64,000 nt of DNA from Octopus sinensis (taxonomy: Eukaryota). Positions 39,029-52,390 of this stretch are shown here, piece after piece. Location: contig NC_043001.1 of the NCBI RefSeq assembly GCF_006345805.1, positions 11,594,001-11,658,000 on the forward strand, read 5' to 3'. Numbering within the stretch: the stretch's first letter is position 1; each line of letters begins with the position of its first letter. A program made the position numbers and the translations under genes. The notes beneath the pieces are model-generated. The model was not told the origin of the DNA, searched no databases, and saw nothing but the letters and a program-made list of their open reading frames with translations.

Positions 39029-39704
39029 GATATATTTATTGATGAAATCAAATATTTGAGTTCGCCTGGATAGAAGGTGCAACATTTTCTTTTATCAAAT
39101 ATAGTTTTGCTGTTTATTAAACAAACATTTCCCTGGCATAGATCGCTACAATTCCGAATGAATTTTCCTGTTTCTCTTGAGATTTATTAATAATTCATGG
39201 CCTAATCTGTGAATACGCGTCTCATAAAAACGCTACTTTTGTTATTCTCCCCGAAATCCTAGCAACCATTGAGAACATAATGCTTCAACCTTTTCATGCG
39301 CTGTCGTCTGTCATATTGTATCTATCGGCAGGTCATTCATTTCCCATTTTACACATTTCTTTCTTCCCAGACGTTGAATTTTCTACAATGTCTTTCCCCA
39401 CTTGCTATCATTTAGATTGCCTTGTAATTGCTCAAGAGGAACATAAACCACGTCACTGCATTCGATCTTGGGGCGCTGTGGAGAGCATGCGGACTGCTCA
39501 CGTCTCTAAACGAAACAAAGGGTTATTATATAAAGTCGAAATAAATAAAATATGATTACGAGATTTTATGGTTAGAATACAGTTTTGTTAATATGATGTA
39601 AGGTTATAATTCCGGCTGTTACCATGCACACTTAATATAAGACAAGATGTTTATGATAATAAAATGTTACGATAAAATGGCGTATTTATAATGCAGTCCG
39701 CTTA

Positions 39705-40949
39705 TACGACGGTTCAGCCGATATACTGCAAAAACAAAATAATCTTTTGTTATTAACTGAAATATGCCATTCCAATTGTATTTGTTAGTGGGGCAGCTGT
39801 CTTTAAAGTAACATAGTAGCTCTCCTTAATGTTATTTAGCAAAGCATGAAAAAGATGGATTACAAGTAGAAGCCTCGTACCACTACAGACTTCGTGACAT
39901 AGGAGGGGAGTAGGGTGTTCGACATCCATCGATGGCTACAGAAAGTTAACGGAAATGACAGTAAGGACAGAGACAATGAGTACAAATGGGCAGTGTTTAA
40001 AGAACGGAAAAGCAGCTTTGAAGATGAGCCAAGCAGTAGAAGGCCATCAACTGCGACTGTTGACATGAATCGCCTGCAAACGTTTGTATTTATTCATTCA
40101 GACAGATGTTGAGTATTATCAGTGAGACTACTGGACAATGAAATGTGGTCACTATGTATTACAGGAGAAGGAGGAAGACGTTGGGTTTTAGAAAATGCCA
40201 GCAAAGTAAATAGATTGAAACTTGGCGAAAGACTTAAATAAAAGAGTGGACATGTGCGCTGATCTGCTGCTAATGTTTGAAACCGCCAAATTTCAAGTCT
40301 GGTGACAAGGGAGCATTGTGTATCATTATGACCTATAAATAAGCCCCCCTCTATGCAATGGTGATACCCTTTTCCATCAGAAAATAAGAAGTTCAAGAGC
40401 AAGCGATTGGCACACAAAAACATGGTGGATGGTTTTTTTTTACGAGAATGACAAGGGGGTGATATCATTCTCCTTAGTTTTCTGGTACATTACCACTGAT
40501 ACACCGAAACATTCATACTTTAAACGAGGCTGTTCGGAAACGGTCCACATCCACCATAACAATGTGTTACCGCACACAGCTTTGGCAACAAATTAAGCAA
40601 TCGACATTTTGGGCTGGACTGTGCTCTCCCATCCACCAAAAAAAGTTGGATATGTTGCCCTGCGATAACCACCTGTCCAGACCGACACAGTACAGTCTCT
40701 GTGGGCAACGATGTAATGACACAGGGAAATGGAAATGACTGTGATGAAATGCGAAAAGAAGAGAATACATAATATTTTGAAGAAAATTCCTAAGATCATT
40801 TCAACAATGGAGCCTATCCATGGCATGTTGAGTAGTGTCATTGTACAGAGAAAGAGTTAAGCTACCAGCTTGAATATCCTGAATCATTGATGCTAGTCAG
40901 TAAAAAAAGTTATACTAACCTTTGCTTTACTCTCGGTAGAACCCTCGTA
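39705..40949 (+). mobile_element. Near full-length (~1.25 kb) decayed mariner
   Basis: TIRs TACGACGGTTCAGCCGA / TCTCGGTAGAACCCTCGTA; IHRWLQKVNG..SFEDEPSSRRPSTAT and GWTVLSHPPKKLDMLPCDNHL (YSPDLAPSD-like) motifs. Confidence 0.85.
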
Positions 40950-40989
40950 ATTAGAAACGCGGAGGATTATGCTGCAATGCGACGATAAT

Positions 40990-41570
40990 CCTTTCCACTA
41001 TGGACACGGGACCTGAAATTTTTGGCGGAGAGACTAGTTGATTACAGCGACCCCAGTGTTTCACAGAGAATTAATTTATCGACCTCAAAATAATGAAAGG
41101 CAAAGTCGACCTCGGCTGAATTTGAACTGAGAACGTAGCGACGGGCGAGAACCTATTCCTTTACTACCCACAAGTGGCTAAACACAGAGAGGACAAACAA
41201 GGACAGACAAACGGATTAAGTCGATTATATCAATCCCAGTGTGTAACTGGTACTTATTTGATCGACCCCGAAAGGATGAAAGGCAAAGTCGACCTCGGTG
41301 CAATTTGAACTCAGAACGTATCGGCAGACGAAATACCGCTAGGCATTTCGCCCGGCGTACTAACGTTTCCGCCAGCTCGCCGTCTTAACGGGCGAGATAC
41401 CGTTAAACATTTCATCCGGCGTGTTAACGATTCTGCTATCTCGACGTCAAACGAATGAAAGACAAAGTCGATCTCGGCTGAATTTGATCTCAGAACGTAG
41501 CGACGGGCAAAATACCGTTAAAAATTTCAAAAATGGCATGCTAACGATTCTGCTATCACACCGCCTTGCA
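40990..41570 (-). mobile_element. SINE A cluster (young unit(s) among older partial copies)
   Basis: Repeated B-box/core units and several head remnants. Confidence 0.8.
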
Positions 41571-43156
41571 ATGCGATTATAATACTGTATAGCTACAGTA
41601 CAGTTTGTATATAATGCGTTAATGCTACAGTAGAATAACGTTGGATTTTAATGCGTTATGGGTTTAGTACAGTACTGGTATTGCATGATGTATTTATTAT
41701 GAATTGTAGCTACAGGAAAGCGTTACTACAAAACAGGATTGCTATAATAATATGGGCATGAGACGTTTAGGCCCCGAGTATTTGGCAGTGTTGATTCTAC
41801 GTTGTCTTATTTGACGTCAGGCTTTTTAATGTTTCTCTTGTTTTAATATTGCCAACGTTCTCTTCTTTTGTTTGTGTCTGCCTGTCTCTCTGTGTTTATG
41901 TGTGAGAGCTTATTCTCTTTATGTATAAAAAGAGAGAGGATGTATTTATGCCCATCCTTTTCAATTAATAAATTGTGATGTCTCTCGTTCACCCTTCCCA
42001 CGTAGTCTCTCTATCGCTATGTGTGTATTTCTATAATCGTATGCGTACGTGCGTGTGCGCATCCATCTGAATTTGTCGCCATTGCCGAAAAGTACTGTCG
42101 CAAAAACAGGTTCAATTCGCATTCACCCGTGCCGAATCACCAGTGTCCAAAAGAGCCGCGCCCGGTCGTCTCAAATCGCTATAACATATAATATAGCTAT
42201 AACAATAATTTCTAATGCTATGTTTGCATCAGATTTGTCCATAGCATACTGTGGACATAGTAGAGAATAGCTATATGATAGCGTGGTTATATTATAGTGT
42301 AATTATGGTATAGAGCGCCTACTGCATTGTGTCACTATATAATAATTAGAGAAGACCATTAATATTCTATGTAGCTCTGCAATCGATCAACTCAGACAGC
42401 TGTGACTAAAACCATGTAGATACGGAGAAGGACATTATATTTCACACGCCCATTGCATTGTGTTTATTTAATTGCAATCTTGAGATCTAGACAATAAATT
42501 TTACAAATTTGTAGAGAAATTGCTCTGTCAATCAATATTGATTATTATTATTATTCTTTTTATCGCAAGGGAAAAGCCAGACTTTACAGACACTACAGAA
42601 GACGAACACATTGATAGTGAAACTTTAATACTACTGTTAATGTTCAGAATTGCTTACAAACGAAAGACCATGCCGGAGAGATTTGAACTGAAGCGTAGGA
42701 GGAAATTAATAAATTCGCCGTTTTTGCCATCTAGATTCTCTCCTATCAAAATCATTATTTTCATTTCACGAAAGAAAATATTCTATGGTTATGTTAAGCA
42801 TAAATGGGAAGTTGAAATTTTCATACATTTATAAATGGCATTAAGCAAAATATTAGACAGGTGGAAACACATTTCAGTGTTGAGAAGCGAAAAGCTGAAA
42901 TGGATGCTGAAATTTCATGTGCTGACACAGCAATGTTCCAGCTTCAGCATTCGAAAATTGAAAGAGGAGGGGTAGATAAAAAAAAGAGCTAAACTTAGTA
43001 GCCTTTATTCCATTTGCGTTCCTATCCTCACCTAAAGTCATGAAGGTTACCTACTGAGCGAAAAAGTATGATCATGGATACAAAAGGGCCGAAACGGAGA
43101 TGTGATTAGGTCACACGAAAGAATTGCAGCACGGGTTGCTGAAACAGCGGAAATCA

Positions 43157-43756
43157 GGCGGCGAGGTGGCAGAAACGTTAGCACGCCGGGCGAAATGCAT
43201 AGCCGTATTTCGTCTGTCGTTACGTTCTGAGTTCAAATTCCACCGAGGTCGACTTTGCCTTTCATCCTTTCGGGGTCGATAAATTAAGTACCAGTTACGC
43301 ACTGGCGTTGATATAATCGACTTAATCCCTTTGTCTGTCCTTGTTTGTTCTCTCTGTGTTTAGCTTCCTGTGTGTAGTAAAGAAATAGGTATTTCGTCTG
43401 CCGCTACGTTCTGAGTTCAAATTCCGCCAAGGTCGACTTTGCCTTCCATCCTTTCGGGGTCGATAAATTAAGTACCAGTTACGCACTGGGGTCGATATAA
43501 TCGACTTAATCCGTTTGTCTGTCCTTGTTTGTTCTCTCTGTGTTTAGCTCCCTGTGGGTAGTACAGAATTAGGTGTTTCGTCTGCCACTACGTTCTAAGT
43601 TCAAATTCCACTGAGGTCGACTTTGCCTTTTATTCTTTCGGGGTCGATTAAATAAATACCAGTTACGCATTGGAGTCGATATAATCGACTTAATCCGTTT
43701 GTCTGTTCTTGTTTGTCCTCTCTGTGTTTAGCCCTTTGTGGGTAGTAAAGAAATAG
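43157..43756 (+). mobile_element. SINE family A trimer
   Basis: Head plus three units joined at ..GAA(A/T)TAG|GT(A/G)TTTCGTC. Confidence 0.9.
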
Positions 43757-44535
43757 GTACATTTATCTAAGGGTAGACAAGAACTATAGTTTAAAATTTT
43801 AACGATGGAAAATTGAGCCAGTTAGTGTAATGGCGTTTGCTTCTGATAAGATTCTATGGAGGGTGAATACGAGGACTCCACAGCCGAAGCACTTCTTGGA
43901 ATAGTAAACGGAGAAGACGAATGGCTGGATTAGCATTGCTATATTAAATCAGAATATAGCATCAAAAATCCAATTCTTTATTTCATACTTAAGGAAAGAA
44001 AATAACTTCGTATCTAGTCACCGCTTGCTATCATAGATATTTAAGAAATAATTCTTCTTATATAAATCTTCTCAATATAAAATACCAGATGAGTAGCTGT
44101 CGACTTAGAAAAGCTTTCCTCAATGTTATTTTTTCCTATTCAGATCAAAGTAATTTACAACTTAGTATGTATAATAAATTAATCTCTCAATGATAAATCA
44201 AAGATATTGCTTTCCTTATTCCCCTCTTCAATCAGAACTTTCTACTTGTGATTTTCATAATAAGTAGGTTGTGTTTGATGACGTAAACGTATATATATTT
44301 AGATGGAACTAAACCTGAGATTCAGTTTCTAATTACAATTACAACCAATTAAATTAACATTGAAATATAATCGCAAAGATAAAATTCTCTGTGAGAGTGT
44401 CTTACTTATCTTCTACAACCATGTTTGTGCATGTTTGCGTTTATATAAAAAATATATAAGATAATTACCATGAATACAGAGATTAGTTCATCTGCATATT
44501 ATTTTTATTTCGAAAGTCAATTATACAGAATATTT

Positions 44536-44920
44536 AGTGGAGGCGCAATGGCCCAGTGGTTAGGGCAGCGGACTCGCGGTCGTAGGATCGCGGTTTCGAC
44601 TCCCAGACCTGGCGTTGTGAGTGTTTATTGAGCGAAAACACCTAAAGCTCCACGAGTCTCCGGCAGGGGATGGTGCTGATCCCTGCTGTACTCTTTCACC
44701 ACAACTTTCTCCCACTCTTACTTCCTGTTTCTGTTGTACCTGTATTTCAAAGGGCCGGCCTTGTCACTCTCTGTGTCACGCTGAATATCCTCGAGAACTA
44801 CGTTAAGGGTACACGTGTCTGTGGAGTGCTCAGCCACTTACACGTTAATTTCACGAGCAGGCTGTTCCGTTAATTCGGATCAACCGGAACCCTCGTCGTC
44901 GTAACCGACGGAGTGCTTCC
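44536..44920 (+). mobile_element. SINE C1, full length
   Basis: TSD TTATACAGAATATT at 44521-44534 and 44923-44936. Confidence 0.92.
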
Positions 44921-45337
44921 ATTTATACAGAATATTCAATTTAAATGTACCCGACGCGCTGTTCAGCGGGAATAGACACCTAACAATTGCGTTTGCGTCC
45001 AGAATCTGTCGACTGGTTAAGAATCAACGCAACTTTATTCAACATCCAGATGCACTAACCACCATATTCATTGCAGTTGACTTGGATATATACTCCGTAA
45101 AATCCGGAGAAGCGGACCTAGGATTTGCACATCAGTTGAAATGCATTGGGATTACTTATCTTTATTAATCTTAGGTGCCCCTAACAACTCGATAATTTTT
45201 AGACATAACTTCGATTATAACTTCATGCTCATAAAGTACCAGCCTGAATACTTTATCCATATCTATTCATTACACATATATGCATGCATATATATATATG
45301 TATACAAGCATACCTATACATATACACAGGCGCACGC

Positions 45338-45370
<33 letters not shown>

Positions 45371-45373
45371 GAT

Positions 45374-45442
<69 letters not shown>

Positions 45443-45443
45443 A

Positions 45444-45497
<54 letters not shown>

Positions 45498-45525
45498 TAT
45501 ATATATATTATTTTAAATAAAGGTA

Positions 45526-45919
45526 GGCGTAGGAGTGGCTGTTTGGTAAGTAGCTTGCTTACGAACCACATGGTTCCGGGTTGAGTTCAGTCCCACTGCG
45601 TGGCATCTTGGGCAAGTATCTTTTATTATAGCTTTGGGCTGACCAAAGCCTTGTGAGTGTATTTAGTAGACTGAAACTGAAAGAAACCCGTTGTATACAT
45701 GTATATATATGTATGTGCGTGTGTATATGTTTCTGTGTCTGTGTTTGTCCCCCCAACATCGCTTGACAACCGATGCTGGTGTGTTTACATACCCGTAACT
45801 TAGTAGTTTGGATAGAATAAGTACTAAGCTTACAAGGAATAAGTCATGGGGGTCGATTTGTTCGACTAAAGGCGGTGTTCCAGCATGGCCCCTCTCAAAT
45901 GACTGAAACAAGTAAAAGA
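45526..45919 (+). mobile_element. SINE family B
   Basis: Full length, moderately diverged. Confidence 0.88.
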
Positions 45920-46290
45920 ACAAAATAATAAAACATATATACACATGTTATTCTTAAAAAATATTATTTTTGATAGTGACTTGGACATTTCGACCAGTTG
46001 AGCCATTTTCGTAAATACGTATCCAAATAATAGGAGATTAGAAATGTTTTTGACCATCGTTATTGTCCATTACGCGTTTTGCATTTCCCAAAAAGGATTT
46101 ACAATGTTTTACATGTAGAAGAACCATGTAAAATATTGCCTAATAGAAATTCTTCCTTCAGAGGATCAAATGATACCAAATCTGTCTTTGGATAAAGCTT
46201 GAAACCTTCATCATTATGAAATGACGCATCGAGATATTATCTTCATATCACGCCTTATCACAGTACTCTCTCTCTCTCTCTCTCTCTCTC

Positions 46291-46495
46291 TTACTCTTTT
46301 ACTCTTTTACTTGTTTCAGTCATTTGACTGCGGCCATGCTGGAGCACCGCCTTTAGTCGAGCAAATCGACCCCGGGACTTATTCTTTTGTAAGCCCAGTA
46401 CTTATTCTATCGGTCTCTTTGGCCGAACCGCTAAGTGACGGGGACGTAAACACACCAGCATCGGTTTTCAAGCAATGCTAGGGGTACAAACACAA

Positions 46496-46530
<35 letters not shown>

Positions 46531-46693
46531 CGACAGGCTTCTTTCAGTTTCCGTCTACCAAATCCACTCACAAGGCATTGGTCGGCCCGGGGCTATAGCA
46601 GAAGACACTTGCCCAAGATGCCACGCAGTGGGACTGAACCCGGAACCATGTGGTTGGTTAGCAAGCTACTTACCACACAGCCATTCCTGCGCC
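46291..46693 (-). mobile_element. SINE family B
   Basis: Full length, close to consensus. Confidence 0.9.
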
Positions 46694-47124
46694 TATTAAC
46701 TTTTTTTTTACTTAAAAGGGCTTATGTATTTCTAAATTGATAACATTTCATGGATTGCGTTGTACGTAATGCTAGATTGCACCAACTCATTCTGATACAT
46801 CCAGCAATAGAAACAAAGCAGGAATTTAAATGAGAAAGCACCCCCCCCCAAAAAAAAAAGACATTATTTAATTGATGTTGATATCATGTAAAGTTAAAAT
46901 ATTACACAAACAAGGTTTGAAAATGTTACTTAAACATTATAATCTTTGAAGTGTACTTTGAGTATCAGAATAAAGCACACTTTCATGTAACTTTAAAAGA
47001 ATATTTTATTTTAATAATCAACTTATTTAGAAACTTAGTAGATCGGTTGAAGTCGTGTGTTTCTATGGCGATGCTTACGTAATTCAGACATTCAGCATTG
47101 GTATACTTAATATTTAATATTTCC

Positions 47125-47510
47125 AGTGGAGGCGCAATGGCCCAGTGGTTAGGGCAGCGGACCCGCGGTCGTAGGATCGCGGCTTCGATTCCCAGACCGG
47201 GCGTTGTGAGTGTTTATTGAGCGAAAACACCTAAAAGCTCCACGAGGCTCCGGCAGGGGATGGTGGTGATCCCTGCTGTACTCTTTCACCACAACTTTCT
47301 CTCACTCTTACTTCCTGTTTCTGTTGTACCTGTATTTCAAAAGGGCCGGCCTTGTCACTCTCTGTGTCATGCTAAATATCCCCGAGAACTACGTTAAGGG
47401 TACACGTGCCTGTGGAATGCTCAGCCACTTACGCGTAAATTTCACGAGCAGGCTGTTCCGTTGATTTGGATCAACCGGAACCCTCATCGTCGTAACCGAC
47501 GGAGTGCTTC
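47125..47510 (+). mobile_element. SINE C1, full length
   Basis: 18-bp TSD CTTAATATTTAATATTTC at 47106-47123 and 47521-47538. Confidence 0.92.
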
Positions 47511-48170
47511 CCCCCACCCCCTTAATATTTAATATTTCAAAAATATGTTCGTCACGCATTTCATGAATCCTGTTAAAAGACCCTAATTTGAAGATAACTC
47601 GATTCGCTGCTGCCTAATGTAGGAATCCAAAAGACGTCATGATTTAATTTCTTCCCCGTTTTCTCTTACAATTCACAGAAACCTCACAAATGTCGAAATT
47701 ACTGTTGTCATCTTCTTATAAAACCATCGAAAACTACAAAAGCTACAATTCTAAGGCTTATGTTTATAATATTGATTTACGTGAAAACGCGTGGGTGAAG
47801 TCTTTGTTGGTCAAATCGCGATAGCAAATTGCACGAAGTCTTATGGTAATTATCCTGTTATTAGCACCAGATCTTGTCATTGATACAATGCCTAACATTT
47901 CAAAAGGAAGGCTTATGTATTTCTAAATTGATAACATTTCATGGATTGCGTTGTACGTAATGCTAGATGCACCAACACATTCTGATGCATCCAGAAACAA
48001 AGCAGGAATTAAAACTTGAAAGCCACCAAAAACACATTATTTAAGTGATGTTGATATCATGAACGAAAGACGGCCAGAACTCCTCGTCACATAGTTTTTA
48101 TTTTCACCATAAATGTTTATCTTTATTCTTATTCCTTTCTCCTCTATTGGTCATATATAAAGAGATATAA

Positions 48171-48382
48171 GGCGGCGAGCTGGCAGAAACGTTAGCACGC
48201 CGGACAAAATGCGTAGCCGTATTTCGGCTGCCGTTACGTTCTGAGTTCAAATTCCGCCGAGGTCGACTTTGCCTTTCATCCTTTCGAGCTCGATAAATTA
48301 AGTACCAGTTACGCACTGGGGTTAGTATAATCGACTTAATCCGTTTGTCTGTCCTTGTTTGTACCTTGTGGGTAGTAAAGAA
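48171..48382 (+). mobile_element. SINE family A monomer
   Basis: 18-bp TSD ATATATAAAGAGATATAA at 48153-48170 and 48383-48400. Confidence 0.92.
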
Positions 48383-48429
48383 ATATATAAAGAGATATAA
48401 TCAACAGCCATTCACTTTTGCGGTAGAGT

Positions 48430-49019
48430 TCTTTCTTTCTAAGCTTCGTGTCCAATGTACTCTTATGCGCATTTTATCAAGTGTTTGGTTTGAGGGACAT
48501 CTTACTGTTACTTCTGCCATGTCTCCAGCGCGAACAGCAGCAGTGGAGGTGGCATCCTTGCCTTGCCAACTTCTGCGCTGCTCCTCAATCTCTTCAGCGC
48601 GATCAGCACAGGGATTTGCGGCATCCTTGCTTTGCCATTTCTGCGCTGCTTTTCACTGTCCCCAGGGTGAGCAGCAGAAGTGGAGGCAGTATTTTTCCTT
48701 TCCCGAATTTTGCGCCGCTCCCTACTCTCTCGAGCACGGGTGGCAACAGTAGAGTTGGAATCATTGCTTTTCTGGCTTCTGATCTGCTCCTCACTCTCTC
48801 CAGCACGAGCAACAGCCTTTCAAGAATTAGGACCTGGAGATCGAGATCTCCAATTCTAGCGACTTCGAAAGCCACCTTCCTTCCTGAGGTGTCGGGCGCC
48901 AACGAAGAGCCCTCGACTAAAATATGATGACCAAAGATTTTTTTCGTTTCCAAGGTCTGGGATCTCCCGCCCCTAAGCCCTAGACCATCACCTAATCACA
49001 CTTACCCCCCTTGTTGCTT

Positions 49020-49056
<37 letters not shown>

Positions 49057-49330
49057 GCAGCAGCAGCAGCGACAACTAGCAGCAGCAGTGGAGATAATTT
49101 CCTTTGGTGACTTCTGCGCTTCTCTTCACTCTCTCCAGCAGCGCGTGCAACAGCAGCTGAGAATGTATTTCTCCTAAGGCGAATACGTCGCTTCCGTTGT
49201 TCTGGCATTTGCATTTCGAGTGTCACTGTACTTCTCAGCGGCGACTCATTAACCCTCCTTGTTTTGGCACCCGAGGTAGAATCTGTTTTATGACCATGGT
49301 GCGTTCTTTTCTTAGGTAGCATGGTGGTAG
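48430..49330 (-). pseudogene. Decayed ORF with ~23-aa 'AARAGESEEQRRS' repeats, probably a Helitron Rep/Hel N-terminus
   Basis: MLPKKRT start and repeated ARAAGESEEKRR / ARAGESEEQ / DRAEEIEEQRR across frameshifts; assignment from recalled family resemblance only. Confidence 0.45.
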
Positions 49331-49420
49331 TATCGGACTATGTTTAAATAGTGTGTTTTAAAAAATAAAACGGGCAAAAGGGGTCACTGAAAATCAAATT
49401 TGGCACGATACATAACAAGT

Positions 49421-49610
49421 GGCGGCAAGCTGGCAGAAACGTTAGCCCGACGGGCGAAATGCTTTGCGGTATTTCGTCCGCCGTTACGTTCTGAGTCGAT
49501 AAATTAAGTACCAGTTACGCACTGGGGTCGATATAATCGACTTAATCCCTTTGTCTGTCCTTGTTTGTCCCCTGTATGTTTAGCCCCTTGTGGGTAGTAC
49601 AGAAATAGAT
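49421..49610 (+). mobile_element. SINE A monomer with internal deletion
   Basis: TSD ATAACAAGT at 49412-49420 and 49613-49621; lacks ~45 bp of B box/core. Confidence 0.88.
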
Positions 49611-50036
49611 ATATAACAAGTGGACCTGCTAAACGTATTATCCAAAAGAGGTGGAAGCAGGGACACACACAGTCAGCTATATGGACACAAAGACACTAAA
49701 TACAAGATTTTTGAACGCGTTAGCTAAAAACTGGTAGGCGGCAACAGTATAAAGGTGTTAACTTAATTGAGTATGGCGACAAGGAAAAGGTTCAACAAGA
49801 AGTGTGAAGTTAAAGCAATAATGTACGTTAAATGGTAGGCCTAATCTGTAAGCCGAAGCACGTATCAAATATGTTGGTCGTTGGCCAACATTCATGTCCA
49901 TTGGTGATGATGAGCACGGAACTGAAATGGATGGTAGCAAGTTTTACCTTAGAAATTACAAGAAATATAGCGAGGGATTCTAAGCACACTGGGTTTTGTT
50001 TGTTTTCAGATGTCATTGCATATTATTGTATTTCTT

Positions 50037-50163
<127 letters not shown>

Positions 50164-50180
50164 GTATATATATATATATA

Positions 50181-50462
50181 TCACGTGATCACGTGACCGA
50201 CCAGACCATCAGATGTTGTTAAACATCGCTGGTCATTGTTTTAGCCTCCGAATGACGCCACTCTGCTGGCTAAGCGAGCAGGCCAACAGAAGAAAGAGTG
50301 GGAGAAAGTTGTGGGGAAAGAGTACAGCAGGGATCACCACCCCCTGCCGTGGAGCTTTTAGGTGTTTTCGCTCAATAAACACTCACAACGCCCGACCTGG
50401 GAATCGAAACCGCGAACTACGACCGCGAGTCCGCTGCCCTAACCACAGGGCCATTTCACCTC

Positions 50463-50463
<1 letters not shown>
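50181..50463 (-). mobile_element. SINE family C with a third tail (C3)
   Basis: C head through CTCCCACTCT, then a distinct tail ending (TCACGTGA)2. Confidence 0.85.
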
Positions 50464-50497
<34 letters not shown>

Positions 50498-50510
50498 GCA
50501 TACATATAAT

Positions 50511-50541
<31 letters not shown>

Positions 50542-50552
50542 TATATATATAT

Positions 50553-50632
<80 letters not shown>

Positions 50633-51835
50633 CTATATATATATATATATATATATACATATATATGCATACATACATATATGCATACCCACACACACGT
50701 ATATATATATATATATATATAGATATATTATTTCATTCTCTCCTGTTGATCCTATTGAAAGAAAGACTGATTCATTTTTGATAATATCATCCATTCTTTG
50801 CAGGTTTCCTGTCAAATGTACTTTTACATGCTTTTTTCTGAAGTGTATGGTTTGAATCACATCCGACTGTCACTTCTACCATGCTAAACCAAACACGTAA
50901 AGTGTTCCCAGGATGGCTGATTGTTTCCGTTTTACGTCATATCAATCATATTCTCTCTCTTCTCCTTTGAGCAACCATTCTTGGTATTTAATAATTGTGA
51001 ACTAACTTTCTCACATATCGCTAGATTAAATCATCACAAGACATTATTTTAATTATCTTTATTCGGAAATGTACTCCGTGCAGATGACATAACGGATTTT
51101 TCTTATAAATTCGATTCTCATTTTTCGTAATTAACAGATTCCCAACGTACAATGCAATCACAGTCCAACACATCATTGATATGATGTTCTGTAATTGAGA
51201 CAGAACAAAGGGTGAATCGAAAATGACGTGAACATAGAATGAAATAGAAAAATGGAAAGTTGAATGGTTCAGATGGAGTAAACTATTGTTCAGGTTTAGC
51301 TGCAATTTAAATCTTAATACAAAAACACTGAGACCAATGAGTTCCCCCCGCACCCGTTCTGTTCTTTTGTTTTCGTATATTTTACGAGCGCCATGATAAT
51401 CAGGTGTTTCCTTCATCTAGACTGTTAGGCGAAGTTTGGCTTCGATATCTCTAGAAATATAATTCTAGAACTAACCTTCAGAGTCTTTACCTTTCACGCA
51501 TTGTGTTATGACGTAGCAAACGGTGGTTAATGTGTCCTAGAAACTGAATGTAAAGTTCTAGGAAGCTTGTGAGTGAAGTTGAAAAGTCGAAACAAATATT
51601 ATAGTGAAGAATTGGCGATATGCGTACTCGTATATATATGGATAAATGCCATTATTCAGTTATGTGAAGATTTCTAGCCAAAAGAGAAAGAATCAGTTTC
51701 TAACCTAGATCCAAAGCTACTTCTTCGGAATTTCAACATCAACAACAGGTTATTATTGTTTGTGTATGTATGTATGTATTTATATATGTATGTATGTATA
51801 TATGTATGTATGTATGTATGCATGAATGAATGTCA

Positions 51836-52390
51836 GGTCACTTTCGAGTGCTACTAGTAACATGTAACCCAGTATAACCTGTTGCATGATCGGGTCGTCG
51901 GCGACTAAACCGGCAACCCCACAAAGCTTGCTTGGTGAGGAGGGTGTTTATTGGACACCCTGAGGGATGAAAAACAAAACCCGTCAAAGGGCGGAGGAAC
52001 TCTTGAGAGTCAACGGCCATCCAATAAATGTCTTAAGGATGTATCATGCGCGGGGACATAGAAATAATTGGACTGAATACCTGATCGCGCGGTTAAACCA
52101 TTGGGAGTGAATGACTCCTAGCCTTTGTTAGGGCATCCTTCTAGGAGAAGGTAACTCAGGTAACTGGGATAACTCCGACATAAAACCTGCGGCTCAGTGG
52201 TTACCGATGATGTTGACTTGTTCTTCTTTTCGGATTATGGCTGCTGTAGCTTAGAGAGTGGGATCGACTCAGTGCAGAGCCTTTCCTCACTTAAAAAAAG
52301 TTCTCTTGCACAGGCATTGCACGATAACAACATTGATTAAGCTTCATACAATGGCCATACTCGATAACGAGGGGACGTCCACCATGTATG
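51836..52390 (+). mobile_element. GC-richer non-coding island, putative LINE (RTE-like) 5' UTR
   Basis: Microsatellite-bounded island with a candidate HDV-like fold at its 5' end; class assignment is inference. Confidence 0.35.

Noticed and set aside
36420-39210. Diverged paralogous ~60-120-bp segments (36430-36500 and 39140-39200) encoding INKSQ on the minus strand
   Set aside because: Both have an in-frame stop just upstream; resemblance to the PIF1 INKSQG motif is too short to assign, and they are not credible exons.
50760-50870. KHVKVHLTGNLQR resembling a Helitron helicase segment
   Set aside because: Too short and unsupported by neighbouring motifs.
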